Positions 1 to 13,200 of a stretch of 64,000 nucleotides of DNA are shown here, one piece after another. The notes under the pieces were generated by a model. The model saw only the letters and a program-made list of their open reading frames with translations. It was not told the DNA's origin and did not search any database. This DNA is from Caecitellus pseudoparvulus (lineage: Eukaryota > Protista > Bigyra: Bicosoecida): positions 186,001 through 250,000 of the forward strand of contig CBFFRQ010000042.1 of the NCBI GenBank assembly GCA_965644315.1, given 5' to 3'. Position numbers and translations under genes: made by a program. Position 1 is the first letter of the stretch; every line of letters begins with the position of its first letter.

Positions 1-48
1 CGCCCTGCCCTGGTCGGCTTGGGGGCGGCGAGGTCGTGACTCCCAGCC

Positions 49-3000
49 ATGGCAGCCAAGGGCGATGTCCTGACACGATCAGGAATCTGCAGCAAGTACT
101 TGAGCGTGAAGATTCACAGGTGGCGTGGCAAGTGAGTGGGAGCGGGACGGCTCTGCTGCAGTGATGCAGTGCACCACGCCATCGTCCCTGCCTTGTTTGT
201 GGGGGCAGGGCGGGGGGCCAGCCAATGCTTCGGGCAGCCACCCACGAGATTTGTCTCGTGGAGAAGCTGTTCTGCCGGCTTGGTGGCGTCTCGAGCGGCT
301 TCGCGTATCCCTCATGGTGCTCCCTCGCCGCTCAGGTATAGCCGCCTGTTTGTGCTGACCAAGAGCCAGCTGTTAAATGTGGACCCGGACAATTTCCAAG
401 TCACAAACACATGGAAGCTGGCAGAAGAGGTGGTTGACTTCGAGCCATCTGTCTCGTCAGACACCGAGTTCACGGTGACAGTGCGCAGTGGGCGCAGCAA
501 TGAGGTACGGGCCGCGCTGGTGCAGGCTGCCCTCCGCCGCCGTCACTCTGCCAGCCTCCGTGACCTTCCCCAGGTGTTCAAGTACGGCTCTGACTTCCGC
601 TCCGACTTGCTGTGTGATCTAGCAGAAGCTGTCACGGGCTCCCAGCCCGTCAGAACCTTCAGTGCGCTGAAGCTCACTCGAGATGCCCGGCGTGTGGACT
701 GTGGCTTAGCAGCGCGGGGGTGGGGCTTGGTCATGTACGCACCGGACGGCAAGCTTGTGCAGACGTACTCATTCAAGGAAATCACTCGCATTCAAGCTGT
801 TCTGGAGGACCCCTCACAGCTTGCGGTATGGGTTGCTGGGCGCGCCCGCCTCTTCGCCTGCCCTGACCGCTCTGACCTGATCAAGGGCATTGCTGCTGCG
901 GCCACTCGGGTGGGGAAGCCTGGCATCATCGCCGACTCCGCCATTAGCTCTTCTGAGCTACGCAAGGCGCGTGCCGAGTATGGCGCAGATTCGTCTCCCC
1001 AGCTCCTGCAGCTGGACGTGCTGAAGCGCACGCCCAAGTACCACACTCCGCGCTCGCGCAAGCTTGTGGTCACGGAGAAGCACATTTTGGAGCGAGACGT
1101 CGCAACTTACCAAGTGATATCTGCGAGACCTTTGGCTTCCCTGCACGCCATCGTCCGCCATGACGACGAGCCTCAGACTCTCACCTTCGAGTTCAAGGAT
1201 TCCTCCTCTCGCACCTTCATCACTTCCAAGCGGGACCAGCTCCTGGCGGCGGTCCTGGACGGCGCCCACTTGGGTGGGAATGTGAATGTGGACGTGAAGC
1301 CCACCGTGTCCCTGCCAGGCTCCAGAGCCCTCCCACGCGCCGCAGCAGGGGGGGAAGCACAGGGTGTCGTGGACACGATGTACCTTGCTGCTCTGGGCCG
1401 AGCCTGCAAGGGCGCCGCAGGTGTCACACCCTACTCATCAGAACTCTTAGCTGCTGCGCAAGAGTTCAACGACAATGTCCCACCTACAGGCGTGCCGTAC
1501 ACGACTCGGAAGAGCTCTGTGAACACGCAGATCGCGACACTCTTGCAAGTGCTGTCGTCCACCATCATTGTTCCGGGCGTGCCAGGCAGGGTCCTCGTGA
1601 CCTTACTCGGGTCCCTCAAGCGCCTCATTACGTCAAAGGAGGGGTATAAGTTGGCGATGACCCTTCCGGAAGCGGGTCCAGTGCTGCTCAAGAGCCTTCA
1701 GCACCATGATGATGGCGTGCTGCACGCTGCTTGTGAACTGCAGCGACGCCTGCTGCACAACCCCCGTCGTCCACCAGGAACAGACTCCGACTCTGAGGCT
1801 CAAGTGAAGGGCTTGGTGCTGACAGAGGCCGTGCGTGTCGCTTTGATTGGCCTGGTGGATTCGCACTCAAGCGCCGCTGGTGGCAGCCTGGCGGCTGGTT
1901 CTGAAGGCACGCTGGTTGTGTCCTCAGTTGTGGCTGCACTAGACTCCATCCTCATCTCGAATGTGGACACGACGTCTCCAGAGGCAGCGGACCATCTCAT
2001 GCAGCTGGTTGCGTCTCGATACGCGTCTCTCCTTGCCATGTTCCGGTCAGACGTGCCTTCCATTGTGGAGTGCGCCGCCATGCTCATGCGCGCTATCGTC
2101 ACCAAGGCAGACCAAGGCACTGTCCGTGCCATGCAAGCCGCAGCGTTGTCGACGGGTGTCTTGCTCCGGCACTTCTACAATGCGCTGTGTGCAGCCTCTT
2201 TTGATCAGCGCTATGTCTCGCGCTACCTCGTCGAGCTGTGGTCCACAGGCAACCCCACTGCTCATGATTTTTTCAGGCACAGTCTACCCGCTGGCTTGCT
2301 GGTGTACTTGGACATGCCCCCGCTATCAGATGCAGAGCGCCTGAACCTCGAGATGATGGAGCGTGCGACGGTTGATGACGCCGCGGCAGCGGCAGCGGCT
2401 GCGGGGGTGTCGAACCCTTTGGAGGGTGCAAGCTCGACTGGTGCAGCAGCATCGACAGATGGTGCGGCAGGCTCTGTGGCTGGAGCCAGCGGGCTTGCCT
2501 CCCGCCTTCGTCGGCGGCTGGCTGCAGCCGATGCCGCTGAGAAGGGGCGCGCCATCCGCCGCATGAAGGCTCTCACACCTGAAGTGGCTGGCTCAGCTCG
2601 CCGCACGCGGTTTGGCAAGGACAACGCCGCCGAGGCCGCGCTGAAAGCTGCCCACGCAGCTGCTGCCGAGGCAGCAGTCGCAGCGCAAGCCATCATGACG
2701 AAGGCCAAACTTGAAGCGGGCGGGCGTAGGGAGAACTACGTCATTTTCTTCCACATGATCATGCAAGACCACAACTTGCCCGATTTGATCTGGAACCAGC
2801 AAACACGGGGCGAACTTCGTGCCGCGCTGGACAATGAGTTGAGGGAGGTGGAGATGGAAATCGTCCTTGGCGGCCCTGCCACCCGCAAAGGGTCTGTCTT
2901 GGGCGCAGACACCTCCGCCAAAGCAGCCAGTGCTGTGGCTGCGGCCAAGGCTGCGGCTGAGGCTGGAAAGGCGCCTGTTGCCACGGCAGCCGGGGACGGT

Positions 3001-6000
3001 CCACTGCACCGGCCGCGCGCGGGCTCCACCCGCGCCAGCATGGATGCGAAGGAGCTTGAGGCGGCGACTGGCGTGGCAGAAGCCGATGCTGGCGGGCAGG
3101 CGATGGACGTTGCTGTGCAGCTGCGGTATGCATGGAATCATGCCGAGTTTCAAGTTCAGTACCCGTCCCTTGCCCAAGAGCTGAAGGTTGGAGACCAGTA
3201 TCTGAGGCTGTTCTTGGAGGGTGGCACTGCCGGTGTCCGCTCTTTGCGTGAACCCAGCGTGTTCTGGGATGCTCTGTACCGCCGAGCTCTGCGTGAGACG
3301 GCACCAAACTTGAAGTCCATGTGTTTGAAAGGCATGGCTCGCGTGTACGAGGTGCACTGGAAGGTGCTGGGTCCATTTGAGGACACTGACTACATTGTTT
3401 GGATGCTTGCCCAGACGTGGAACAACAATGTCCGCGATCACTTGCTACTGCTCCTGCACGCCTTGGCGTTGCACCCGATTAACTGCGAGAAGATGATTAA
3501 CGACGATGCCATGCGCCTGTTTGTCGACCTGCTGGCGACCGCCCACACGGTGGACTCTGATCGGCGCGCCATGCCAGTGGCAAAGGTCGGCGGAGGGCTC
3601 CTCCTCACAGACGGCTCGACAGGCGGCCGGTCCTCCGGGGCGGCACCAGGTGCGCCACCTGTCCCGTCTGACGAGGGTGCTGCATCCGAAGTAGAGGGAC
3701 ACAGCATGAAGGTGTGGCACTACCAAGCCTCGGCACGGGACCTGAGGGAGGGCGAGGAGGCTGACAAAGGCCCCTTCTCGCTGCAAGACATGCACCAGCT
3801 GGGGCAATCCGGAGCCATCACGAACATCACCATGGTTTGGGCACACGGCATGCGCAACTGGGTGCGTTTGGACTCCCTTCGGCCCGTTGCCTGGTACGTT
3901 CTGAGCGAAGGTGAGGCGAAGATGACCCCGCTTCAGCGTGGTGAGCTGGCTGCCAAGCTGCTGTTGCGGCTGGCAAAGCTGAGGCCCCCTGTTGACGCTG
4001 AAGGCAATCCTGTGCGACCAGTGCCCAAGGTGAAGCGGGTGCTAACCTCGGCAGCTTGCCTGCCACACATTGCACAGGCAATGCTGGCAGGCTCCACGGA
4101 GCTTGTCGACCTCGTGGCAGAATTGGTGATGGTATTGCTGGAGCACAACCCGAAGGCAAACGTGAAACTGTACCTGACTGGCATCTTCTTTTTCATCATG
4201 GTGTATCCCCGCAGCAACTGGGACAAAATGGCGCAGCTGCTTGCAGCTACGCACTTGGAGCAGTCCTTCCATCATGAGGCTTCCTCTATCGCCAGGGAGA
4301 ACACCCTTTCGAAGCAGAGCATCCTGGGTGACATGCTGCCCGAGAGCCTGCTGCATGTGCTCGTAAACGAAGGGGGTGTTAAGTTTGTCCACACCTTCCT
4401 GTCGAATGTGGACAACCCAGAGGTGATTTGGAAGTACGGCATGCGCAACCACTTGGTGGAGATGGTGACGCAGCACCTGGGCGATCTTCCCGGGCGTCTG
4501 GCAGCCAACCCGTGCACGCTGTACGACTACTGCCCCATCCCCAGGGTGGTGTACGAAGAGCTTGACAACGAGCTGTGGTGCGCCAACTTTTACCTGGCCA
4601 ACTTGACGGACGAGTCACGCTTCCCAGATTGGGAAATCAAGGACCCTGTGAACCTTCTCCGGGCTGTTCTGGATGCCTGGCGACTGGAGATGGACAAGGA
4701 GGACAGCGAGGAAATGGTGTCAGCCGATGACGCGGCGCAGTTGCTGGGCGTGGACAAGGACGCGGACGACAAAACCATCCGCAAGGCTTACCGAAAGGCT
4801 GCGATGAAGTTTCATCCAGACAAGAACCCAGCTGGGCGTGAGATGTTCGAGAAGATTCAAGTCGCGTACGAAATGCTCACCTCTGCCCGCCCCGAGGCCA
4901 TCTCAGGCCCGGACCCTGTCGCCATCACCCTCATGATCAAGACGCAGTGCATCCTGTTCAAGCGCTACGCAGCGCCACTGAAGCCGTACAAGTACGCGGG
5001 CTACCCACTACTTCTCGGCCAAAACTCCCTGACACATCCACCGGAGGTCTCTGTGACGGGTCCCGAGGCGGCGTTGATCGAAGCTGCAGCAAACTGCGTG
5101 TACCTCACCTGCCTGGCGTCCCCCCGCAACGCGGAGGAGCTCGTTCGAGAGCAAGGCGTGGACATCCTACTGGACATCCTTGCACGCGCAGTACGGGATG
5201 TGGACCCGCTCACCGAGCCCAAGGACAGCCAAGCAGGTATCGGCTCCTCAGCCGCAGGTGCTGCTGTGCCGTCTGACACGCCCCCTGCTCACGGCGATGC
5301 GACTGCTCGTGGTGCAGGAGCAGCTGGGAGGGAGGCTCGCACCGCTCCTGGCCAACTGCACGGAATCGGAACTCTTGAGCACGTACTTCACACCCTCAGT
5401 GGACTGGCAACCCTGCCAGATGCTCGTGGGCGGATGCAAGCGACTGCCGGGTTCTCAGAGAACATGGTGAAGACAATTCGCTACCAGCTTGCTCCGCGAG
5501 TTATGCAGTACAGCTTGGACTGTATTTGCAGGCTTGCGGTGGAGACTTCCTTGCAAGATTCATTGGTGGACGCAGGAGTGTTGTGGCGGTTGATTCCGCT
5601 CCTGTTCAGGTACGACCTCACCCTGGAAGCTGCCCAGTCCGCTGGGGACGGCTCTGTGGCGAACACCCAAAAAGCTGCTAACCTGCAAGCCAAGCTCTCC
5701 GCCCGCGCCTTCTCTCGCTTGGGAGGCTACCTGGACGGTGCTCTGACAACGCCCAAGAATGACAGAGTGCAGCGCATGCTGCGGGCCATCCTCACCCCCA
5801 TCCTGGCTCGCCGCCTTGTTCGTACCAAGCCAGATGCGCTTTTGGACACGCTCGTGAACACGACAGAGCGAGCAGACGTAGTCTGGACTGCAGCCATGCG
5901 GACCGAGTTGTTGGAGTTGGCCACGAGCCATATCGAAGCCATGGATAGAGGCGAGCCTCCTGCGGCCGACGACGCCCTGGGCTTCAGCTTCAAGGCGCTT

Positions 6001-8769
6001 GCTGACCTCTTGCAGCTGTCTGGCATCTACGTCAAGTTTTACTTGGCCGACCCGGGCTTGACGTTGGACGACCCGTACGCTTTCCTGCGTGATGTCTTCC
6101 GCCACATCGTGTACTCAAAGGCAGGGGCAGGGCCACGTTTGGCGTCCGGCCAGGCACTGCCTGCTGCCTCGTCGCCTGGAGAGCTCAGTCTGCTGGATCC
6201 TGAAGACGCAGAAGTTGCGGAGGAGTGTGCGAAGTGCACCCTGGAAGCCGCCCGGCGTCACCTGCGCACTGCCCTGCGGGCACTGCACCTGGTGATTGTG
6301 CACAACCCTGGCCTTGAAGATGAAGTGTCTGGGGATAGCTCTAAGTACCTCCCGAGCTTGTTTGCGTTGCTGTCAGTGTCGGAGGAAGGCATGCCGGTCA
6401 TCGACGACTTGGCTGAGCTGTCCGACAAGAAGGGCGGAGTGGGCGGCGGGGTGGCACTGCAGTCGGCTGCAGGCTCAGGCATGTCTGCTGGCGCAGGGGG
6501 CGCGCGCTCCACGGCTGCCAGCTCCACGGCACCCTTGCGAGAGCTAGTGCTGACTGCAATCGCAGCCTTCATTTCTGAAGAGTCCTGCACCTCTGCTGTC
6601 ACGTCTCTGCACCTCATTCCAGGCCTCATCCGGCTTCTCCCCCACGACGCAGCAGGCGTCGGCGGAGTCTTGCGAAGCATGTTCACGCACGCTTCCGCGG
6701 TGGAAGAGGTTGGCGCCACGGGCTGCATCATCGACTTGTGCACGATTTTTGCGGGTGGTGTGGCCTCTGGGCCTGCGCCTGGCACTCCCGGGGGGCCTCC
6801 GCTGTCTCAACGCCCCTCATTGTCCATGCCCTTGGCTGCTCGGCAGCAAGCAGGCGCCCTGTTGTCTCTCATGTGCTCTGACAGTACGTACGGACCGCCA
6901 AACTTGCTCTCATTGTCGCAGCTGCTGCCGGAGGCCATGGCCATGAACGTGAAGCAGAGCTTGAGCGCAGCCACTGGCACTGGTGGTGGCGCGGCTGGAG
7001 TTGGCACCACAGGCACAGGCACTGGCGCGGCAGGCGCCGGCAATGACACTGGGGACCTGGGGGATGCTGTGAAAATCTTGGATGCAGACCACGAGACGCC
7101 TGAACTTGTTTGGGACATCACAAGTCGGCATGAACTTCGAGTTGCTCTGGGAGAGTTGGGTCGCGGCCTGACTGGCTTTCGCAAACGCTTGGGGGCGAAG
7201 GAGGGCGCGGCTGGGCCGGACAGTGTCAGGTGGAGCATGCCAGCAACTTTCAGGGTGCAGTACTCCGTCACTGAGGGGGAGCTTCGTGTAGGCGGCGTGT
7301 ACGTAAGGCTGTTCTTGAAGGAGCCAACGTTCCCTCTGCGTGACCCGAAGGGCTTCTTGGAAGCTTGCTTGCGGCGTTTGATGCAGGAAGGCAACCATTT
7401 GATTGGCATGACTTCTGAGGATGCCTCAGAAGTCAGCCGTGCCACTGCAGCTGCGAAGGCAGAGGCCGCGGAGGAGGAGAAGGCGGGCGGGGTCAAGGCC
7501 TCGCACATTGGCGCCAAGGGAGAAGCTGGGAAAGCCGGCGAGTCTCTCGTCCTTCGCGGCGAAGATGTCGCGACGCAAGTGACTCACGCGATTGTGTGCC
7601 TCCTGCGCACCCGTGTGACTCTCCGTGAGCATGTAAGCGCGCTCGGATATGTGGACCAGCTTGTTCCCATGCTCGGCAGGTGCGCTGGGAAGCCTGCCCG
7701 CTTTGACCTGGGCATTCAGTGCGTGCGCATTCTGCAGGTGCTTGCTGCAGACAAGGTGTGCGTCGTCGCCATGGCCAAGTGCAACGCTGTGCGGGAAATC
7801 TTGCGCTCCCTGTCTCCGCTGCATCGCGATGCGGCCTTCACGCTTGAAATGCTCAAGGACATCCTCACGACAGACCAGACTGTCGGGCATGGCATGGTTG
7901 CACAGATGTTGCAGTGCAAGGCCATCGAAACTCTCATGGCCTGGCTGCGCAAGGATGATGTCTCGGATCTGAAAGACCCTTCCGCGTTCAAGGTGCACCT
8001 AGTCGCCATCCTGAAGCTGCTCGAAGGCGACCAGCTGCACGGTGCGCGAGCCAGTGCGGAGCTGGCGGGGCACGCAGCCCTCTGGGACCGCTACAAGCAC
8101 CAGCGGCACGACCTGTTCATCTCCAAGAACGACACCCGGGACTACTTCCTCACGGATGTGGAGAAGGCGCCCAGCCTCCTGTTGAAGAATGCTGCAGAGC
8201 ACCAGGGCAGTGCGGGGGCCGCCGGCGGCTCCCCCAAGCGTGGGGCGTCAGGAGCCCCCCTCATGATTGCGGATGACACGAAGCCGCCCCCTCCGCCATC
8301 GTTCGGTGGTTCCAGCCAAGCAACTACTGGCGGCTTCGGCGGCTTCCAAGCTCCAGCACCTGCACCCTCTGCAGGGTTTGGCGGCTTCCAGGCCCCAGCC
8401 CCTGCTCCCCGCTCGTACGCAGCGCCCCCTGCATCCGCCAGCTTGTACAGCGCACCAGCTCCCGCTCCAGCGCGCAGTGCAGCTGCCGACCCATTTGCTG
8501 GCCTTGGCTCGGCAGCCCCCGCACCGGCCCCAGCGCAGGCAGCTGATCCCTTTGCAGGCCTGGGATCCTCGGCACCTGCACCTGCCCCAGCTGCGGCCGC
8601 CAGCGGAGACCCCTTTGCAGACCTTGGCTTGGCCCCGAGCCCAGCACCTGCCCCGGCAGCCAGCGGCGAGGACGACCTCTTCGCCGGCATGAGCACAAGT
8701 TCCGCCCCCGCCCCTGCATCTGCGACGGCTCGCAAAGGGTACGTTGACCCTTTCGCGGGGCTGGACTGA
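49..8769 (+). CDS. DNAJC13: RME-8/DNAJC13 endosomal J-domain protein; exons 49-131, 336-504, 574-8769
   Basis: Splicing GT-AG intron 132-335 gives ...KIHRWRGKYSRLF, matching the RME-8 N-terminal WRGKY motif. A 69-nt in-frame intron at 505-573 is likely. Four IWN-type repeats (LIWNQQTRGEL, VIWKYGMRNHL, VVWTAAMRTEL, LVWDITSRHEL), a GYF_2-like domain (KGPFSLQDM...VWAHGMRNW) and a central J domain with HPD (KFHPDKNPAG) are present. Confidence 0.95.
8332..8766 (+). repeat. Coding low-complexity repeats in the RME-8 C-terminal tail: 2x GFGGFQAPAPAP, 4x DPFA(G/D)L, 1x DDLFAGM, separated by AP-rich spacers
   Basis: Read directly from the translation and from the degenerate DNA repeats (gacccatttgctggcctt, gatccctttgcaggcctg, gacccctttgcagacctt, gaccctttcgcggggctg). 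Confidence 0.9.
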
Positions 8770-8906
8770 GCTCTCAACCCCAGCACTTGGAAGTTGCGTG
8801 CAAATGCAGCCGCCCCTGAAATGTAGCACACCTCACTCCTTGCTCTGGACAGCTTTGAAATCGTGCGACACAATCGCAAGAGGCTCCCTGTGCACACTCT
8901 GCTAAG

Positions 8907-10146
8907 ATGCGGAAAAAGGGTGTGGGCTTCTCCGGCCTCACGTGGTGGGGCGTCTTTATGTTTGCCCATGCGACGCTGACGTTTTACTACCCCGGCGTAT
9001 ATGGAGCTGTAACGCTAGCCTTTGCTGTCTCGGGGTTTTGGACTGAGCGCAGCGAGTTGCTGGTGACTGCCGCGCTGCTACTGGTGCGGCTCACGCGCAC
9101 GCGACGCACGCCACCTCACACGAACTGCAGGCCAACACGCCAACGTCACACCTGTGCAGATTGCCTTCGCTCTGTATGCCGTCGTGTCGTATGGCTTCCT
9201 GAAGTCAGCTTACGAGGCCGGGTCATACATGCATGTGCCCTACTTCTCCCAGTTCCTGCACACCCACCCGTACTTCCCTGTGACAACCTGGCTGTGGGAT
9301 GGCAAGGAGTACACCTCCACTCCTTGCGAAGCGCACCGCCAGATTTTCGACATGCACACACGCCGGCATGTGATCGCCCAGCATCCACATGGTCCCGTAG
9401 CGATAGGTGCAGGGATGACTCTGCCGCAGCTGTCGCGGTGGGGTAGCGACTTTTTGTCCCCCCTTCGTGTGGGCACCGCGTCAGCTGTGATGAATGCTCC
9501 GTTCATTCGGGATCTGTATGCCCTGTTCGGCGCTATTGATGCCTCCAGGCCCGTGCTAGATGCTGCCATGCACGCAGGCAAGTCCATTATGCTGCTCCCT
9601 GGTGGCATTCGGGAGCAGCTCATGAGCGGTAATAGCTTGTACGAGCCAGTGCTGCTGCGTTCTCGTCTGGGCTTCATCAAGCTGGCCTTGCGCCACGGCG
9701 CGAAGCTGACGCCCAGCCTTGTGTTTGGAGAGCGCAGGTTATATAACCACTCCCCCATGCTGCAGGTGGTGGCGAAGCTCATCAAGAAGGCCTTCAACAT
9801 GGGCATTCCTGCCATCGGGGGGCGATGGGGCACCCTCGTGCCGTTCGCACGCCCCATAGACATTGTGCTGGGCCGTCCCATTGACACTGTCAAGTGGCTT
9901 GCCCAGCACCGCCGCGAGAAACTTGCAGCTGCAGGCGGACATGGGGGGGACAGCACGAGTGCGGCCCGAAAGCGAGGCAGCGTTGCCGAGCCCCCAGGTG
10001 CTGCCGAGGCAGACAAGGCCGAAGTGGATTTTACACTGGAAGAGGCAGAGGCGCTGTCGGAGTACTACATTCACCACTTGACGGACATGTTTGAAGAGCT
10101 GAAGGACCGGTTTGATTACGGCGACGTGACTCTGCAAGTGCGATGA
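8907..10146 (+). CDS. DGAT2: Diacylglycerol/monoacylglycerol acyltransferase, DGAT2 family; exons 8907-9083, 9160-10146
   Basis: A 76-nt GT-AG intron joins the two ORF-track frames. N-terminal hydrophobic segments, YFP, HPHG, PGGxxE and RLGFIKLALRHGAKLTPSLVFGE motifs are present. Confidence 0.92.
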
Positions 10147-10214
10147 GGCAATGCATTCTTCAACACGCAGCAGGCACGCAGGCGCAAGGGGCGGTATCTG
10201 GGCTGGGCAAGGCA

Positions 10215-13200
10215 TCACCCTTCAGCCGCATCCGGGGCACGGCCAGCTTCAGGCCGCGCACGCTTGCTGGCAGGCGTGACAGGCCATTGGCGTGGTGTCG
10301 CCTCAGATGTGTTGGCGGCGGGGGACGGCATGAGCACCGCCTTGGGTGCTGCCAACGCTGCCAACCCGGCAGCACTGCCCCCGTCAACGGGTTCCAACCT
10401 ACGCTTGCCTTTACGGCTCTGCACCACGGGGGAGGCCTTCGCCACACGCGCCCTCTTGACACGGGGGGTGGGAGTGCTGGCGAGCGCTGCAGCTGCTCCA
10501 CCCACTGGTGGGGCTGAGTTGGGGGGCGAAGCAGGCGACCTTGGAAGTGTGCGCTGTGTCGCAGGTGTGTCGGAGCCAGCACCGGCAGCGGCAAACAATT
10601 CCTGGGCAGGTGCTGCTCCACCCATGCTGTCCCTTGCCCGCGCTGCAAGTCCGCGAGCGCTGCGGCCTCCCTGCATGTGCTCCATGTCGTACTTGAGCTC
10701 AGCCAGCAGCTGGGGATCACTGGCGAGTGCATCCTGAATGTCATCACCGCACTCTCTCCACAACAAGCGCAGGTATCGTGTCAGTTCTCCGATGAGGGGG
10801 GACCGCCGCTCCAGGAGAACACCCCTCAGTGCCACCAGCACAGGCACGAGGTTTTCCACAGTGTGCTTTCGGGCCATCTTCCCGAGCAGACGGCTCTTCG
10901 CCGCTTCGAGGCCTGCCGCGACGGCGGCGGCACCACCCAGCTCCACGCCTTCCGGAGCAGGCACTGTGCCAGCATCAGCCTCCCCTGCACCCGCAGCCAC
11001 GCCAGAGCGAATGTCTTTGGACCGCAGTATGGAGAACACTTCCTTGCAGAGGTCTGTCGTGGTCATGTTCTCGTCTGAGCCAGCACCGCAAGGGGTGCCC
11101 AAGGCAGCGGAGCCGCCCTCCTCCAGAGGCATGGTGCCATCTACAACTGCACCCAGCACATCCAGCGTTAGTTTGGAGGCGACTGTCAAACGCTGCTCTG
11201 GAGTCATGAGCCCCAACAGGCGACTGTACACCGTCGCGCGCAGGCGCTGCCCGCTCTGCCCTGGCATGGCCAAGTTGGACCAAGCTGCGGCAGCACTCCC
11301 TCCATCTTTGCGCAGTCCAACTGAGGCCTTCAGCTGCGCAATCACGTCACGGGCTGCGGGGTGTGACTCACATCCCGTTAGCACAAACAGCGTGTCAACG
11401 AAATGGGAGCTGAGCAGGTGTGGGTTTTTCGTCAGCAGCGGTCCGCTGAGGGCAGCGGTTGCAAGCCCACGCACGCCTTCGTCCGAGTCCACCAAGCATG
11501 CAACGTAGCGGTAAAACAGCGGCCCTCGCCACTTGACATAGTCTTGTGCCAGCAATTGAGTCAGCACACCCAGTGCTTGGCGCCGCACCAGCGGATGGTC
11601 GTCGCGCAGGCATGCTGCAATGTCGGGGATGTACCGGTCCACCATGGATGTGTACCGGCAGCAGAGGTCGGCCAGGATGATGAGCGAGTTGCAGCGCACT
11701 GATACAGGCGTGGAAGCAGACACAAGTTCCCGTACCAGAGCCGGCACCATGCGCTTGGCCAAGGAGCTGTCGCGCAGGCACAGCTTGCCGAGTGTGATGA
11801 AGGCATGTGCGCGGAGTTGCCTGGCACGGGACGCACTGCCCAGCCCGGTGGCAGCTGAGCCCATCGTTACCATAGTGGCATCCACGGAAGTAGATCCATC
11901 AGAGCTGCCAGGCATGACAAGCGCCTGCACAAGTGTGACAACGTGTGCTGAAATGGCGGCCCGGGGCAACTTGGAGCAGTCGCCACAGGCCAGCTTGCGA
12001 GCGCCCTCGCTGAGAGCAGTGCTGGCGGCAGCAGGCGCTGTGGCCTTGTCATCATCACTGTCTGGCGTCACCCCCAGCAGGGCCAGTTCCCCAAGCACCG
12101 AGAGGTACTTCAAGGCCAGGGCCTCATTGCGCTGCCCCGAGCTACCAACGCTGCTGGACAAGGCCTTCTCAATCGCAGCGACGACATCCGCATGCCACTC
12201 CTGCGCGCCTGCCCCTCCTGTGGCGAAAGCCGTCGCAGCTGTCGCGTGGACCGCTGCGGACAGGGCATCGCCAGTCAGAGCCTCCACGGTTGACGCTCGG
12301 CACAGCGCGGTTGCCAGCTTGGCACTCGCAGCGGCAGCAGTGGCGGCAGGAAGATATGCGGCAAGGGTGGCGACGAGGCGAAGCATGTCGCCTAGGGCAG
12401 GCAGGGTGTCCTGAGTTGGGGCGCTCATGACTGCCAGCGCCTGCTCCCACCCCCACCCAGCAAGGGGCGCCACAGCACGCAGGGTCGCGGAACTGAGCTG
12501 CGCCCCTACCTGTGCAAGGGCATCAGCCAAGCCGCCCAGAAGGGTCCACGCCCCGGTGAACTCCCTGTGGGACGCGGAAGCCGCCCCGCTGGCGCGAAGG
12601 GACTTGATGAGGGATGCCACCTTGATGGACGCCTGGCTGGGCTTGGCCCCCGTGTCGCTTGCCCGCAAGACACCCTGCAGTGCTGCAGACAGGCACGTGC
12701 TCAAGTCGGGGGACATGGCGACGGAGCCCAGCATCGTCCACGCTGGGGCAGCCACGGCTGACTCCCCGGTCAGGATGGGCTGCAGCGCGCAGCGCGCGAA
12801 GCACTCTGCAGCTCTTGCCGCCTCGCTCGCCTCATTGGAACAGGCGATGGGCAAGACGCCTGCCAGCCAAGCCTCCTGCACGCAGGGCGTGCCAGGCTCC
12901 AGGACGAGGATGTCTGACAATGCTGCCATGGCAGCCTTGCGTACCAACACCGACGAGTCGTCGCACTTCGTGGCCATGACTTGCAACGCATAGGCCCCCA
13001 CGCACCTGCTGGGGGGCTGCATGAGGGTTTTCTCGGCAGCCTCTTGCAGCTCCGCGAGGGTGACGCCCTCTTGCACAGGCAAGGCGTCGGCGATGGACGC
13101 AAAGCACTGCCCACCCAACTGTGCCGCAGTGACAATGGCCTGGATGGCTGCTCGACGAACGTGCGAGCGTTCATCGTCCATGCGCTTGATCAGCAGGGGC

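Noticed and set aside
136-335. ORF-track start of the 2877-aa protein (MGAGRLCC...)
   Set aside because: This is intron 1. The real first exon (49-131) restores the WRGKY motif.
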